This document shows positions 54,600 through 64,000 of a stretch of 64,000 nucleotides of DNA, in pieces. The translations under genes and the position numbers were made by a program. This DNA comes from an uncultured Nitrososphaerales archaeon. Its GTDB lineage: Archaea; Thermoproteota; Nitrososphaeria; Nitrososphaerales; Nitrososphaeraceae. The stretch is from NCBI GenBank assembly GCA_963713605.1, contig CAVQMO010000010.1, positions 416,001 to 480,000 on the forward strand. Reading direction: 5' to 3'. Numbering within the stretch: the stretch's first letter is position 1; each line of letters starts with the position of its first letter. The notes under the pieces were generated by a model. The model had not been told where the DNA came from and made no database searches. It saw only the letters and a list, made by a program, of their open reading frames with translations.

Positions 54600-54956
54600 A
54601 TGGCTGCACATTTGAGAGTGTGTGACGAAAAGACTTTGAAAGATGGTGATATATTGGGCTTCGACTACGAGATTAATGTTGACAACAACACACGCAAGGC
54701 CAATAAGCGTCTATTGATTGCCAAGACTGGAGGCAAAATCTATGCAACAGATGGAATATGTACTCATCAGTATGCAGATCTATCCATGGGGATTCTAAAT
54801 GAAGATGAGAAAACAGTAACGTGCCCCCTTCATTTATCTCCCTTTAGTTTGGAAAAGGGGATCCCACTGAATCCACCTGCTGAAGAGCCGTTAAAAACTT
54901 ATGAGGTCTTTATCAAACCGGAAGACGGCGGAGTCTATGTATCATTACCTGATTAG
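54600..54956 (+). CDS. Rieske [2Fe-2S] ferredoxin
   Basis: CTH...CPLH ligands, PPAEEPLKTY. Confidence 0.9.
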   Translation: MAAHLRVCDEKTLKDGDILGFDYEINVDNNTRKANKRLLIAKTGGKIYATDGICTHQYADLSMGILNEDEKTVTCPLHLSPFSLEKGIPLNPPAEEPLKTYEVFIKPEDGGVYVSLPD

Positions 54957-55088
54957 GGATCGAATGACTCCACAAAGGAGTTTACCGACGTAGACCGTTT
55001 TCTTTTGCTTGTGGAAAAGTCAGTTTTATCCATTGACGCATGCATTTTGAATATTTTCAGAAAGGTTTTAGAGTATCTAGGGTGCAAC

Positions 55089-55466
55089 ATGGTAACACGA
55101 AGAAATCAAAGGGAAAACATAGGATCAGAGACTACACAGAGACCAGTGAATGAAATCAGTGACGATGATGTTAATTTTTTTGTTCACAGATTGGAAGAAA
55201 GATTAGAATCTGGTGAGTATCCTAAGATAAGGGAATTGGAGAAAATGCTTAAACCGCACCTCTCATCCCAAAAAATAATTGCCGTGTTGGGCTACCTGCA
55301 AAGATCGAGGATGTTAGAGGTGGATCTTGATGGAAACATAATATGGATAAGGCGTGATACTTCTGGAAGTGTTGAAAGTGGCACTTTATTTGATTCCGCC
55401 ATTATGAGTGAGGACTTTAGGAAGCTGATGGAGAATCACAATCAAACGCAGTACCATACTAATTAG
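55089..55466 (+). CDS. Hypothetical protein
   Basis: ATG at 55089 within ORF 55005..55466; LEVDLDGNIIWI. Confidence 0.65.
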   Translation: MVTRRNQRENIGSETTQRPVNEISDDDVNFFVHRLEERLESGEYPKIRELEKMLKPHLSSQKIIAVLGYLQRSRMLEVDLDGNIIWIRRDTSGSVESGTLFDSAIMSEDFRKLMENHNQTQYHTN

Positions 55467-55652
55467 TAACTGCCATTATGGTTTGGAGCGCCCAAGAGAT
55501 ATCGGACAACACTTTCTTATATCAAGTTACAGCGTTGTTAAGGGATATCGAATACTGAATATAGGAACTAGGAACTACAATGAGGCATGTCTAAAGCGGT
55601 ATATCATGTGTCCCACAACTATTCATTCAGCCCGTTAAAGTAGATTATCCTG

Positions 55653-56273
55653 TTATGAGTTTAGCTTTATTGAATTGATCCATTTCATAACGATTTCAAA
55701 CGCATTTGCTTTTAGTTGGCTGATGGTAAGCCAATTGTTGGAGATGACTTCATCGGCTAGCGCAATAACCTCGCTTATTCCCACGTCTAATTCTCGTATC
55801 TCCCTCTCCATAAAATCACCCTGAGTCATAGGTGCGTCCGTTCTTCCTCTCTCCTTTAGATGGACAAACCGAACATGCGATGATGCATGAATTGCCAGAA
55901 GCCGCACTTGACCAACACGATTAAGAACATTTACCTCAGCAATACTCCTTATACCGTCTACAACTAAAACGGCATTATCTTCATTGCGTTTCGATATTAA
56001 CATAGAGTCAATTTTCTTTACAACTAATTCAGCCACGGCGCCCTGACCAAACTCTTCGCGCAACTGGATCATCAAATTCCCTAAATTTGTATCATTGAGA
56101 TCGAGTTTAAGTCGCATCGCCTCTTCTCTAATTACGTCACCCATTGTTATAACAAGGAATCCATTCTCCTTCAGCGACCTCGCAACCGTAGATTTTCCTG
56201 CACCTGGCATTCCGGTCAGACAAATAATGACTAGACTCTTTGCAGTCGAATCTCCTGCAGCTTTCTCTACCAA
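55653..56273 (-). CDS. P-loop nucleotide kinase (archaeal dephospho-CoA kinase-like)
   Basis: LTGMPGAGKST, MGDVIREE, VDGIRS, RGRTD, ELDVGI..ALAD. Confidence 0.85.
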   Translation of the reverse strand: MVEKAAGDSTAKSLVIICLTGMPGAGKSTVARSLKENGFLVITMGDVIREEAMRLKLDLNDTNLGNLMIQLREEFGQGAVAELVVKKIDSMLISKRNEDNAVLVVDGIRSIAEVNVLNRVGQVRLLAIHASSHVRFVHLKERGRTDAPMTQGDFMEREIRELDVGISEVIALADEVISNNWLTISQLKANAFEIVMKWINSIKLNS

Positions 56274-56486
56274 GTCTCTTTTCCCTCTATTTAAGTAGCT
56301 TACAAATCAGTCGGTGATAATAAGATACTTCTTGATTGCATTTTGGAATAGTTCACTATGATTTCAAGAAGATGTACTTACAGATGATGGCATTGAACCA
56401 AATGAAATACATCTAGATCTGGTGCTGAGTCGATCTAATAGACTATTTTATCAAATTTATAACCTTGAATGTGAAAATGATCTCTT

Positions 56487-57153
56487 GTGGTCTCGATCAA
56501 AAATATTCTTAAGAATATGGAAGCGGCACTGTACACTGCTAGACCACCAAGAATTACTGCCCTCGAATCCCTACGATGTGAAGAAGGAAGCGACCCATTC
56601 AAAATATTGATTGGAACCATATTGTCAGCTCGCACACGAGACGAAAGTACAGACCAAAATAGTGCACAATCTATTTTTGCGTTTTAAGAATAGCAAGGAA
56701 TTGGCTGATGCCAATTTGGAAGAAATAAAGGAGATAATCAGAAGCATAGGATTTTACAATGTTAAGGCTGATCGAATACAAGCTGTCTCTAGAATAATAA
56801 CCACAGAGTATAAGGGAATAGTTCCAGAATCAGTAGAAAAACTTTTGCAGTTACCTGGAGTAGGTCGTAAAACTGCTAATTGTGTCTTAGTCTATGGCTT
56901 TAACAAACCAGCTATACCCGTCGATGTACATGTTCATAGAATATCAAATAGACTTGGTATTGTCGATACCAAAACTCCTGAAATGACAGAAATTGAATTA
57001 GCCAAAGCAACCAGTAGGAGAAATTGGATGAGAATCAACAATACCTTTGTGATGTATGGACAGAACATTTGCTTGCCAAGAAATCCACGGTGTAATGTGT
57101 GTCATCTTAAGGATGATTGTAATTATTACCAAGAAAAGGATTCCAGATTATAA
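56487..57153 (+). CDS. nth: Endonuclease III (frameshift near 56652)
   Basis: PFKILIGTILSARTRDE, IGFYNVKA, LPGVGRKTA, VDVHVHRISNR, C-x6-C-x2-C-x5-C. Confidence 0.95.
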
Positions 57154-57445
57154 GAACGGCAATACTAATGATTCGCATTAAGGGAACGGGGAGCATGAAA
57201 AACTAGATAATTAGGATTTGTAATGTAGAACTTTGCCCTAAGACGAAAATCATATTGGGGATAGTAAAAAAACAGCAATTATTGAAAAGCATCCTTACGA
57301 TTGAAGAAAAGCAGCCTTAAGGCTGATTGAGTAACTGGATACAGAACCTCATGAATCTGGGCGTAACACTATGAATTACAATCATATTGATCTCTCCTTT
57401 TTTTATTTGTGTTGTAGCTGTTTTCTAATCCATGCTTAGAACAAC

Positions 57446-58180
57446 TCAATCTGGTGGATTAGATCTCTTCTTGAATACTACCAGGACCACAACCAAACCT
57501 CCAACGCCTACAAGCATGGCAAATGGGAGATAATAGACTGGAGACTCTGAAGGGTCACCAAAAATTAAATCAAATGAAATGGTCCCGGCATATGTATTCA
57601 GTGGGGAATTTGAGCTGTCCTTGCCATAGATTGTTATGTAACTTGGATTAAATCCATCAAGGGATAGTCTATCTGTTACTATCCTTTGACCATTATTCAC
57701 TGATAGTCCCTGATTATTTCCATGTCCAACAACTATTGATTCGTCTTTGCTCCAACCGCCAGTGTCTCGCTCATACACTTTGATATATCCAGATTCTTCC
57801 GTGTTTACAGCGGCCCAAAATTTGTCAGAGGTACCGCCAAACATGGCAATCTCAATGAACTTCTCACTTGGGCTTGCTTCATGCAATCTAATGATAGTCT
57901 TTGCATCTTCTCTTTGCGCATAAGACATGTTATTCTGGATTGTTAACATCCAATTTTCTCCGATAGGGTCGCTAAGAGTGAAATTTACCGGGTTTCGCCG
58001 ATCTGCATTGGACACATTGAACGCATAAATAAACTGCTCATTGCTTTTAGTCTCTGTTGACTTTATTGGTTGAATATTTTGTAACCGTTCCTGACTCTGT
58101 CCAATCGCGGAACCAAATTGTATAAAAAAACCAAAAAGTAACAAGAGAAGAAATATTCGTAAGGCCACTTTGTCCCTCAT
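57446..58180 (-). CDS. Exported protein with C-terminal membrane anchor
   Basis: Signal peptide; C-terminal hydrophobic helix followed by KKR. Confidence 0.8.
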   Translation of the reverse strand: MRDKVALRIFLLLLLFGFFIQFGSAIGQSQERLQNIQPIKSTETKSNEQFIYAFNVSNADRRNPVNFTLSDPIGENWMLTIQNNMSYAQREDAKTIIRLHEASPSEKFIEIAMFGGTSDKFWAAVNTEESGYIKVYERDTGGWSKDESIVVGHGNNQGLSVNNGQRIVTDRLSLDGFNPSYITIYGKDSSNSPLNTYAGTISFDLIFGDPSESPVYYLPFAMLVGVGGLVVVLVVFKKRSNPPD

Positions 58181-58484
58181 TCATATATTCACGGCAATAT
58201 TAACCGTAATGGAATATTTGCCTTTATCTTTAAGCAAGCATTTTTCAAACTATGGGTCGAATGTATACTCTCCATTTAGGAATCTCGATTTTGAAGCGGA
58301 AGGAATAGAAAATGATAGCGTTGACTTGCACAGTATTTGATTATATAACCCTCTATCTCGACCTATCATTGAGAACATTAGAATGTTCAAGGGAGGCAGG
58401 ATACCAAAGGAACTGTCTTAGGATGTCGGTATCAGAGCTGAGAGCGTTATTTTTTGAACTTGCATCTACTAACCTAGCATACTT

Positions 58485-59631
58485 TTATTTGACGAATGGC
58501 TCGGCGTAGGAAAGTATGACTTTGGCGACCTCTGGTCTCATTAAATGATCAGCAGGCATTGTTCCAGAGCTTACAAGGTTTCTCATCTTAGTACCACTGA
58601 GTTCTTCCCTTTCTTCGGAATTGTGGGGACATATCTTTGCGCTAGAATACCCTCGACACTTCTTGCAGTAATAAAAGGCTGGAAAGAATACTGGTTCAAT
58701 TTCCAGGTCTGGATATTCATAGAATATCCTTTGCGCGGCCAACGGTTCATAATAGTTGCCTACGCCAGCGTGGTCCCTACCAACAATGAGATGTGTGCAT
58801 CCAAAATTCTTGCGCATTATTGCATGATGAATTGCCTCCCTAGGGCCAGCATATCTCATCTCTGTATGAAGGGAAACAAGCATCGCACTTCCGCTCGAAT
58901 AATAACTATCAAGCAGAGTTTCATAAGTATGAAGTATTACTTCATCCTTAAAGTCTCCTAATTTTTTCTTACCAATAAGTGGATTGATAAATAGACCATC
59001 AAATAGACTAAGTGCGGTCTTCTGCAAGGTTTCGTGGGCTACGTGGGGTACATTTCTGGTTTGAAAACCTACTACACTTTTCCACCCTCGAGTTAGAATT
59101 TCGTTCCTGGTTTCAGCAGGAGTTTTCCTCAGCTTTCTTGATTGCGAAAAAGGGATTCGGGAGAAAACTCTTATCTTTCCCCCAACCAACACGTCATTCA
59201 TACTCATAGTTTTCATCACGCCTGGGTGTTGCAGATCAACTGTTTGGTATATCTCTTTTGCAACTTTTCGCTTATCGAATCGATATATATCATCGACTGA
59301 CATAACCCCGAAGGCTTCCCTATTATTTACTAGCGAAACTTCACCTGCATCTTTCATCTTGATCGCAGTTGCATTCTCAACATCAAGTAACAATTGGAAT
59401 CGTCCAGGGCAGTCCGTTTGACAATCTTCCTTTACTAACGATACTCTCAAAATCATCTTGACCGACAAATCCTTCTAAGGGGCTAAAAATTCCGTCAGCA
59501 ATGTTTTCAATGTCGTTCCTCGTATCAGTATCAATAACAATAGAGAACATTCCATCAAGATTTTTTTGGTGAGAACTAAATCTATTGATCAATTCACCTC
59601 CATGAGGGGGAGGCATTCCACTTTTTGCCAA
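58485..59631 (-). CDS. sat: Sulfate adenylyltransferase (frameshift near 59390)
   Basis: PPHGGELI, FSPLEGF, PWTIPI, FQTRNVPHVAHE, MRYAGPREAIHHA, VGRDHAGVG, LSGT, RPEV. Confidence 0.95.
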
Positions 59632-59649
59632 TTACATAATCACTTATTC

Positions 59650-60453
59650 CTAGCTCGGATCCCAATGCAAACCGCATTCTTTATGCGCAGAACCCTCCCA
59701 CCACCATCTTCCTGAACGCGGATCTTCGTTTGGTTTTACTGCTCTAGTGCATGGCTCGCACCCTATACTTGGATAACCTTTGTCATGAAGCTTATTGTAA
59801 GGTACATCATTATGCTTGATATAGTTCCAAACCATATCGTTGTCCCAATCTGCTATTGGGTTGATCTTAATTATATCATTATGAATAGAATCAATTTCTA
59901 TCTTGTTGATGGTAGATCGAGTCGACGTCTGTTCTCTTCTTAAGCCAGTAATCCAACCTGACATATCTCTTAAGGCTCTATCAAGGGGATGAACTTTTCT
60001 AATTTCGGAGCAGAGTTTTCGATTTTCAACAGAGTCATACATTAAATTCATTCTATGAGTTCTGAGCATAGTTTCTAGCTCGTGGTGATCAGGACAATAA
60101 CTGTCCACCTGGATTCCATATTTCTTCTTAATCTCATCCATTACATCATAGGTTTCTTGGTTTAGCCGACCAGTGTCCAACGTAAAAATCCTTGTCTTCT
60201 CTGTATCAATTTTCGACATCATATCAATTATGGCCACGTCTTCGGCCCCAAAACTTGAAGCTAAAGCTACCCTTTCACCATATGTTTCAATGGCCCATCT
60301 CAATATCTCTTCTGCAGATTTGTCTCTCATCCTCCTCTCCAAGTCTTGTACCTCTATGCGAGTATAACGAGTAAATATGGATTGACCGGGTCTGTTTTCC
60401 ACAATGGTTCGTACCTCCTTAGACTTATAATTTTTCGTTATTAAATAGGTCAA
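59650..60453 (-). CDS. cysH: APS/PAPS reductase (start uncertain)
   Basis: ASSFGAED, LDTG, RKVHPL, WITGLRREQ, KINPIADW, GYPSIGCEPCT, RSGRW, ECGLH. Confidence 0.93.
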   Translation of the reverse strand: MTYLITKNYKSKEVRTIVENRPGQSIFTRYTRIEVQDLERRMRDKSAEEILRWAIETYGERVALASSFGAEDVAIIDMMSKIDTEKTRIFTLDTGRLNQETYDVMDEIKKKYGIQVDSYCPDHHELETMLRTHRMNLMYDSVENRKLCSEIRKVHPLDRALRDMSGWITGLRREQTSTRSTINKIEIDSIHNDIIKINPIADWDNDMVWNYIKHNDVPYNKLHDKGYPSIGCEPCTRAVKPNEDPRSGRWWWEGSAHKECGLHWDPS

Positions 60454-60505
60454 TAAGAAATCGACCAGAATTTATAAATTTGATGTAGCATAACATCAGA
60501 CCGAA

Positions 60506-60688
60506 ATGAAGAGATTGACATGCAGGGACGTGGGTCTGGACTGTGACTATGTGTTTCTTGGAGATTCGAACGAGGAAGTGACTTCCAAGGCCGTTAAACA
60601 CGCGTGGGAAGCTCATGCGATAAGCGCTGAGGAAATGACCTCCGATATGAAAACTAGGATAAAGGAGAACATCATAGCTACAGAATAA
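60506..60688 (+). CDS. DUF1059 small metal-binding protein
   Basis: CRDVGLDCDY...EEV...HAWEAH. Confidence 0.85.
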   Translation: MKRLTCRDVGLDCDYVFLGDSNEEVTSKAVKHAWEAHAISAEEMTSDMKTRIKENIIATE

Positions 60689-60866
60689 AGGATAACGTTT
60701 ACTTGGGTAGAAAAAAGTTACAAAAGTGCGGACAAGATTGCATTTGAAAGTTGTAAATCTCTGAAATGCTCCATTTCTCTTGAAATGAAGTTAGATAGAG
60801 GATCATCTTCGCATGAATCTAATGAGTCTAACAGAGCGTGCTCGCAACGGTAATGATATGTTTTTG

Positions 60867-61334
60867 TTAACCTAAAACGTTGAGGGTAAAGTTTGCAAAT
60901 TCTGGTCGAATTGGATTAAATAAAATCCCATACACAGGAATTTCTATTCTGTACTGGCCAGCCTGATTGAATTTGTAATTTAGCATGGGTATCGTCATTA
61001 CTCCCTCAATCGCATGTAAAGGAACCTCCGGTTGACCTGTTGAATTAGTTGCTTGAAATACTCGACTATTGTTATCATAAATTCTTAGATTAAAATCGAC
61101 ATGCTCTTGTAATGCATTAGTACCCGGCTTTAGAAACGATATTTTAAATTTGGTTGAACTCTCATTCACCTTAGCTGGGTATGGGGTGGGCTCCAAGAAT
61201 ACATCTAGACTTGATCCACTAGTTGCATTTTGAACTGATGACTTCTGGGCATCTAACAAGTATGGCGTACAAAGGGAATATACTATTAGTAATGATAAAA
61301 CTATTAGAAAGAAAGCGTACCTACTTCGCATCAT
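60867..61334 (-). CDS. Secreted hypothetical protein
   Basis: Signal peptide; QEHVDF...PLH..EG...GILFNPIRPEFANF. Confidence 0.75.
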   Translation of the reverse strand: MMRSRYAFFLIVLSLLIVYSLCTPYLLDAQKSSVQNATSGSSLDVFLEPTPYPAKVNESSTKFKISFLKPGTNALQEHVDFNLRIYDNNSRVFQATNSTGQPEVPLHAIEGVMTIPMLNYKFNQAGQYRIEIPVYGILFNPIRPEFANFTLNVLG

Positions 61335-61691
61335 TTCAGAGGGACTATCATTTTTCTGAATATTTATGATTTACCATTCTTCTTCACAAGACGTTTGTTA
61401 TTGATTTGCAAAGGAAAGGCATTGCATTGATGCTCTCCTTACATCAGATATTAAAAGTTAAAGGCAGGCACTTTATTCCCAATGTTTATCATTACCATAA
61501 TTCTTCTTTCAATCCAACTCTAATTACGTCCGATATTCAATATCTTGAGAATCAGCAATCTCCGTCTGCAGAATTGGAGCAGGAACAACCGTTTACTTAT
61601 CCGCTGCGACTGACGCGTCAACAATAATCATTTAAGGTTCATAGGGACTATCGTAGATGCGTTGCCAGTAGGACTTCTGACATTTTCTCAA

Positions 61692-62919
61692 CTAGTCAGA
61701 TGTTGTCGCAGTTGACATTTTTAGGTCTTTTGCAAATCTCATTACGTACGGAGTTATGAACGTAGTTATTATGGTTACTATACCTATTATTGGGAATATG
61801 CTAGTCGAGATAGCTCCACTTTGCTGACCAGTCTTAGCTACAACCAAGGACATTTCAGCTCGTGCAGACGATAAACCTAGCCCAGTTCTTAGAGCAACAT
61901 TCTTATCATATCCAGCCTTAAGTAACACAACGCTTATTATCAACAATTTTGAGGCAAATGTAGTTACTATTAGAATCAAGGCGGGTAGAATTAGAAATGG
62001 GATCTGCGATATATCCATAAGTGCACCTATCGAAATAAAGAATAGTGCAGCAAATACATCCCTTAATGGAACTGTTACTACCCTTGCTATTGCTGCACTC
62101 TTGGATTCGGCAACTAATACTCCTGCGAGAAATGCTCCTGTTGCTACCGACAATTCAAGAGATGATGCCAAGAAAGATAATCCGAAAGCTAAGCCAAGTA
62201 TAGAGATAAGGAGTAAGTTATAATCATTAGTCTTACCTATTTTGTCTATTATGTTTGGAATAAACCTTGAACCTACGGTAAGAGTTATTCCGATAAACGC
62301 AGTTACAATTGCAACCGGGATTGCAATCTGAATTATGGAAGAAGTTTGATTACTATCATTTATTCCCTCAATTGCTATGGACTGAAATATTCCAAGGGCC
62401 GTAATGGCGATAATATCTTCAACAATCAAGACTCCTAGCATAAGCGTGGCTGACTTGTCTCTAATCATATTAAGCTCCTCTAGGATTCGAACTATAACTA
62501 TCGTTACTTGAAATAGACATACATAACGCAAGGAATAGTGAATCTCTAAAAGAGAACTGTAAGGCCTGAGCCACATAATACGAAATAATCATAGTACCAA
62601 TTGTCTCACTTAGTGCTACTATAATAGATATTCTACCCACTGACCTTAGTTTAGCAATGGGAAAGTCAGTACCAATGACGAAAAGAAACATAATAATCCC
62701 TAACTCAGAAAAAGCGTTTAGAGTATCAATGCTTTGAATCAGGCTAAATGGCGGAGTATGTGGACCTATTATCATACCGGCTATAATATATCCTATAATC
62801 ATAGGTTGTTTTAGTTTATGAGTAACTGCAAGTATCACGGCGGCGACAATCATGACTACGGCAAAATCCTGAACAAGAAACACGGAAGACAGTGAATCAC
62901 CAGGAACGTTTGATTGCAT
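61692..62919 (-). CDS. Cation:proton antiporter, CPA2/KefB-like (frameshift near 62505)
   Basis: KQPMIIGYIIAGMIIGP, ELGIIMFLF, SISS|TIVIV, LIVEDI, GAFLAG, LRDVFAALFFISIG. Confidence 0.92.
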
Positions 62920-63086
62920 TATGATGTCCTGGAAGATCAATTCGATGGTTATTTTTGTGATCCGTACATTATTAAGAATTTGGTTTGTGACAAACAAATA
63001 TTAGTAATAATCTTAAGTACCTGCTTGTCACTGCGATATCTTGACGCTTTCACGCTCAAGACTTTGTTGCTCTTGAACTAGTAACG

Positions 63087-63401
63087 TCAATCCGAGTCAT
63101 CAGATTCATTCTCTTCCATATAAAGTTCGAGACCATCATTTGAACTGCTATTATTATTGCAATCAAAGTCGCTGCTGTCTGGTAATAAATCAAGGTGCGA
63201 GGGAAAATGTCCGGAACAGTAGTAATTGGTGCATTTTTTACATTGTTTGGTTGGCTTGTTGAAGCAATTTACTATACCGCATATGCCTTCCTTTCTTGAC
63301 CTTCGGGTCCATTCATTTATCTCTTCTTCAGTTGGTAGTAGGCCGCCGCCAGTGTGGGAGGGCAACTTCTCTACCTCTATATCTATTGATGTTGTTAGCA
63401 T
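63087..63401 (-). CDS. Small Cys-rich zinc-finger protein with acidic tail
   Basis: CGIVNC..PTKQCKKCTNYYCSGH. Confidence 0.7.
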   Translation of the reverse strand: MLTTSIDIEVEKLPSHTGGGLLPTEEEINEWTRRSRKEGICGIVNCFNKPTKQCKKCTNYYCSGHFPSHLDLLPDSSDFDCNNNSSSNDGLELYMEENESDDSD

Positions 63402-63687
63402 TGTAATTTATTATCGTCGATTTACATGGTGGCGAGCGACATTCACATGTAATGTTATCGCTCCGCTTACATACCCTATGATTGGTTGTTAGACAGGCCA
63501 GTGAGACGTTCATTTTATTATTACTTGGTATAAAATAGTCGAAGGTCCTAAAAAAATAGTATATAGTAAACGTCCCCAACTCGTAACATAATACTAAGAG
63601 CTAAATATCTAGATTGTACTTCAAGAAGAAATCTATGATTTAATAAATAGCCTAATTGACCAGAATCTAGAAAAAGGAATAGCCTTG

Positions 63688-64000
63688 ATGGCCATCATTA
63701 TCGCAACTATTGCTTCTTTAGCCCTTTTAGTAGTACTAGTTTCTAGCCCCGCCGCAGATGCAAGGTATTCAAACAGTCAGGCTCAATCTCTAGTTTAATG
63801 AGTGTGGTCTAGATGGGACCTCTGGGATCAATTGTGCTAATAATGGTCCTCTGATGCAGGGCGATAGTTTGGCTAGTTCGTCAATAGTTACACAGTTTGG
63901 AGGAGGACAAGGACAGCAAGGACCAGCAGGACCACCACCGACAATAGACAAGGACCACCGAGCAGACGAAATAAGAAATATCATAGACCTTTGGCAGATA
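63688..64000 (+). CDS. Secreted protein with short collagen-like Gly-X-Y stretch (frameshift near 63796; runs off window)
   Basis: MAIIIATIASLALLVVLVSSPAADA...SQAQSLV|NECG...NCANNGP...GQQGPAGPP. Confidence 0.55.

Noticed and set aside
1416..63984. Many antisense/overlapping ORFs in the track (e.g. 7686..8234, 2076..2435, 29077..29472, 35639..35959, 49065..49379, 58545..58961, 63790..63984)
   Set aside because: Shadows of well-supported genes on the opposite strand or frame, with no motifs.
1..64000. About 15 frameshifted genes (polX, PAC2, folD, patatin, nth, sat, CPA2 and others) read as mass pseudogenisation, programmed frameshifting or NHEJ mutagenesis
   Set aside because: Mostly single 1-nt indels in otherwise fully conserved, often housekeeping genes, with no shared slippery motif or further decay. 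Uncorrected long-read error is the simplest explanation; read polishing would decide.

Overview
AT-rich archaeal chromosomal segment. Gene content points to a soil-type ammonia-oxidising archaeon (Nitrososphaeraceae-like): thaumarchaeal-type NuoB, a PAC2 chaperone, the CKGIC...CPCCG small protein, many winged-helix regulators and secreted N/T/Q-rich proteins. This assignment comes from family recognition, not a database search. About 15 otherwise intact genes are split by 1-2 nt indels, most likely unpolished long-read errors, and I joined them. The main result is a complete bacterial-type non-homologous end-joining set within the first 17 kb: Ku, a LigD phosphoesterase and a LigD ligase+polymerase in PE-LIG-POL order. 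It is flanked by a PolX-PHP polymerase and endonuclease IV, with a SplB-like radical SAM protein and endonuclease III further on. Other highlights: a C-terminal amphipathic tag (NP[LF]EQ[IL]G...MF.G) shared by two unrelated secreted proteins, a candidate structured ncRNA at about 33850-33980, a collapsed provirus relic (integrase fused to a terminase fragment), many unannotated zinc-finger microproteins, an orphan nuoB and a CysH with CC changed to CS. I recognised no tRNA, rRNA or CRISPR array.
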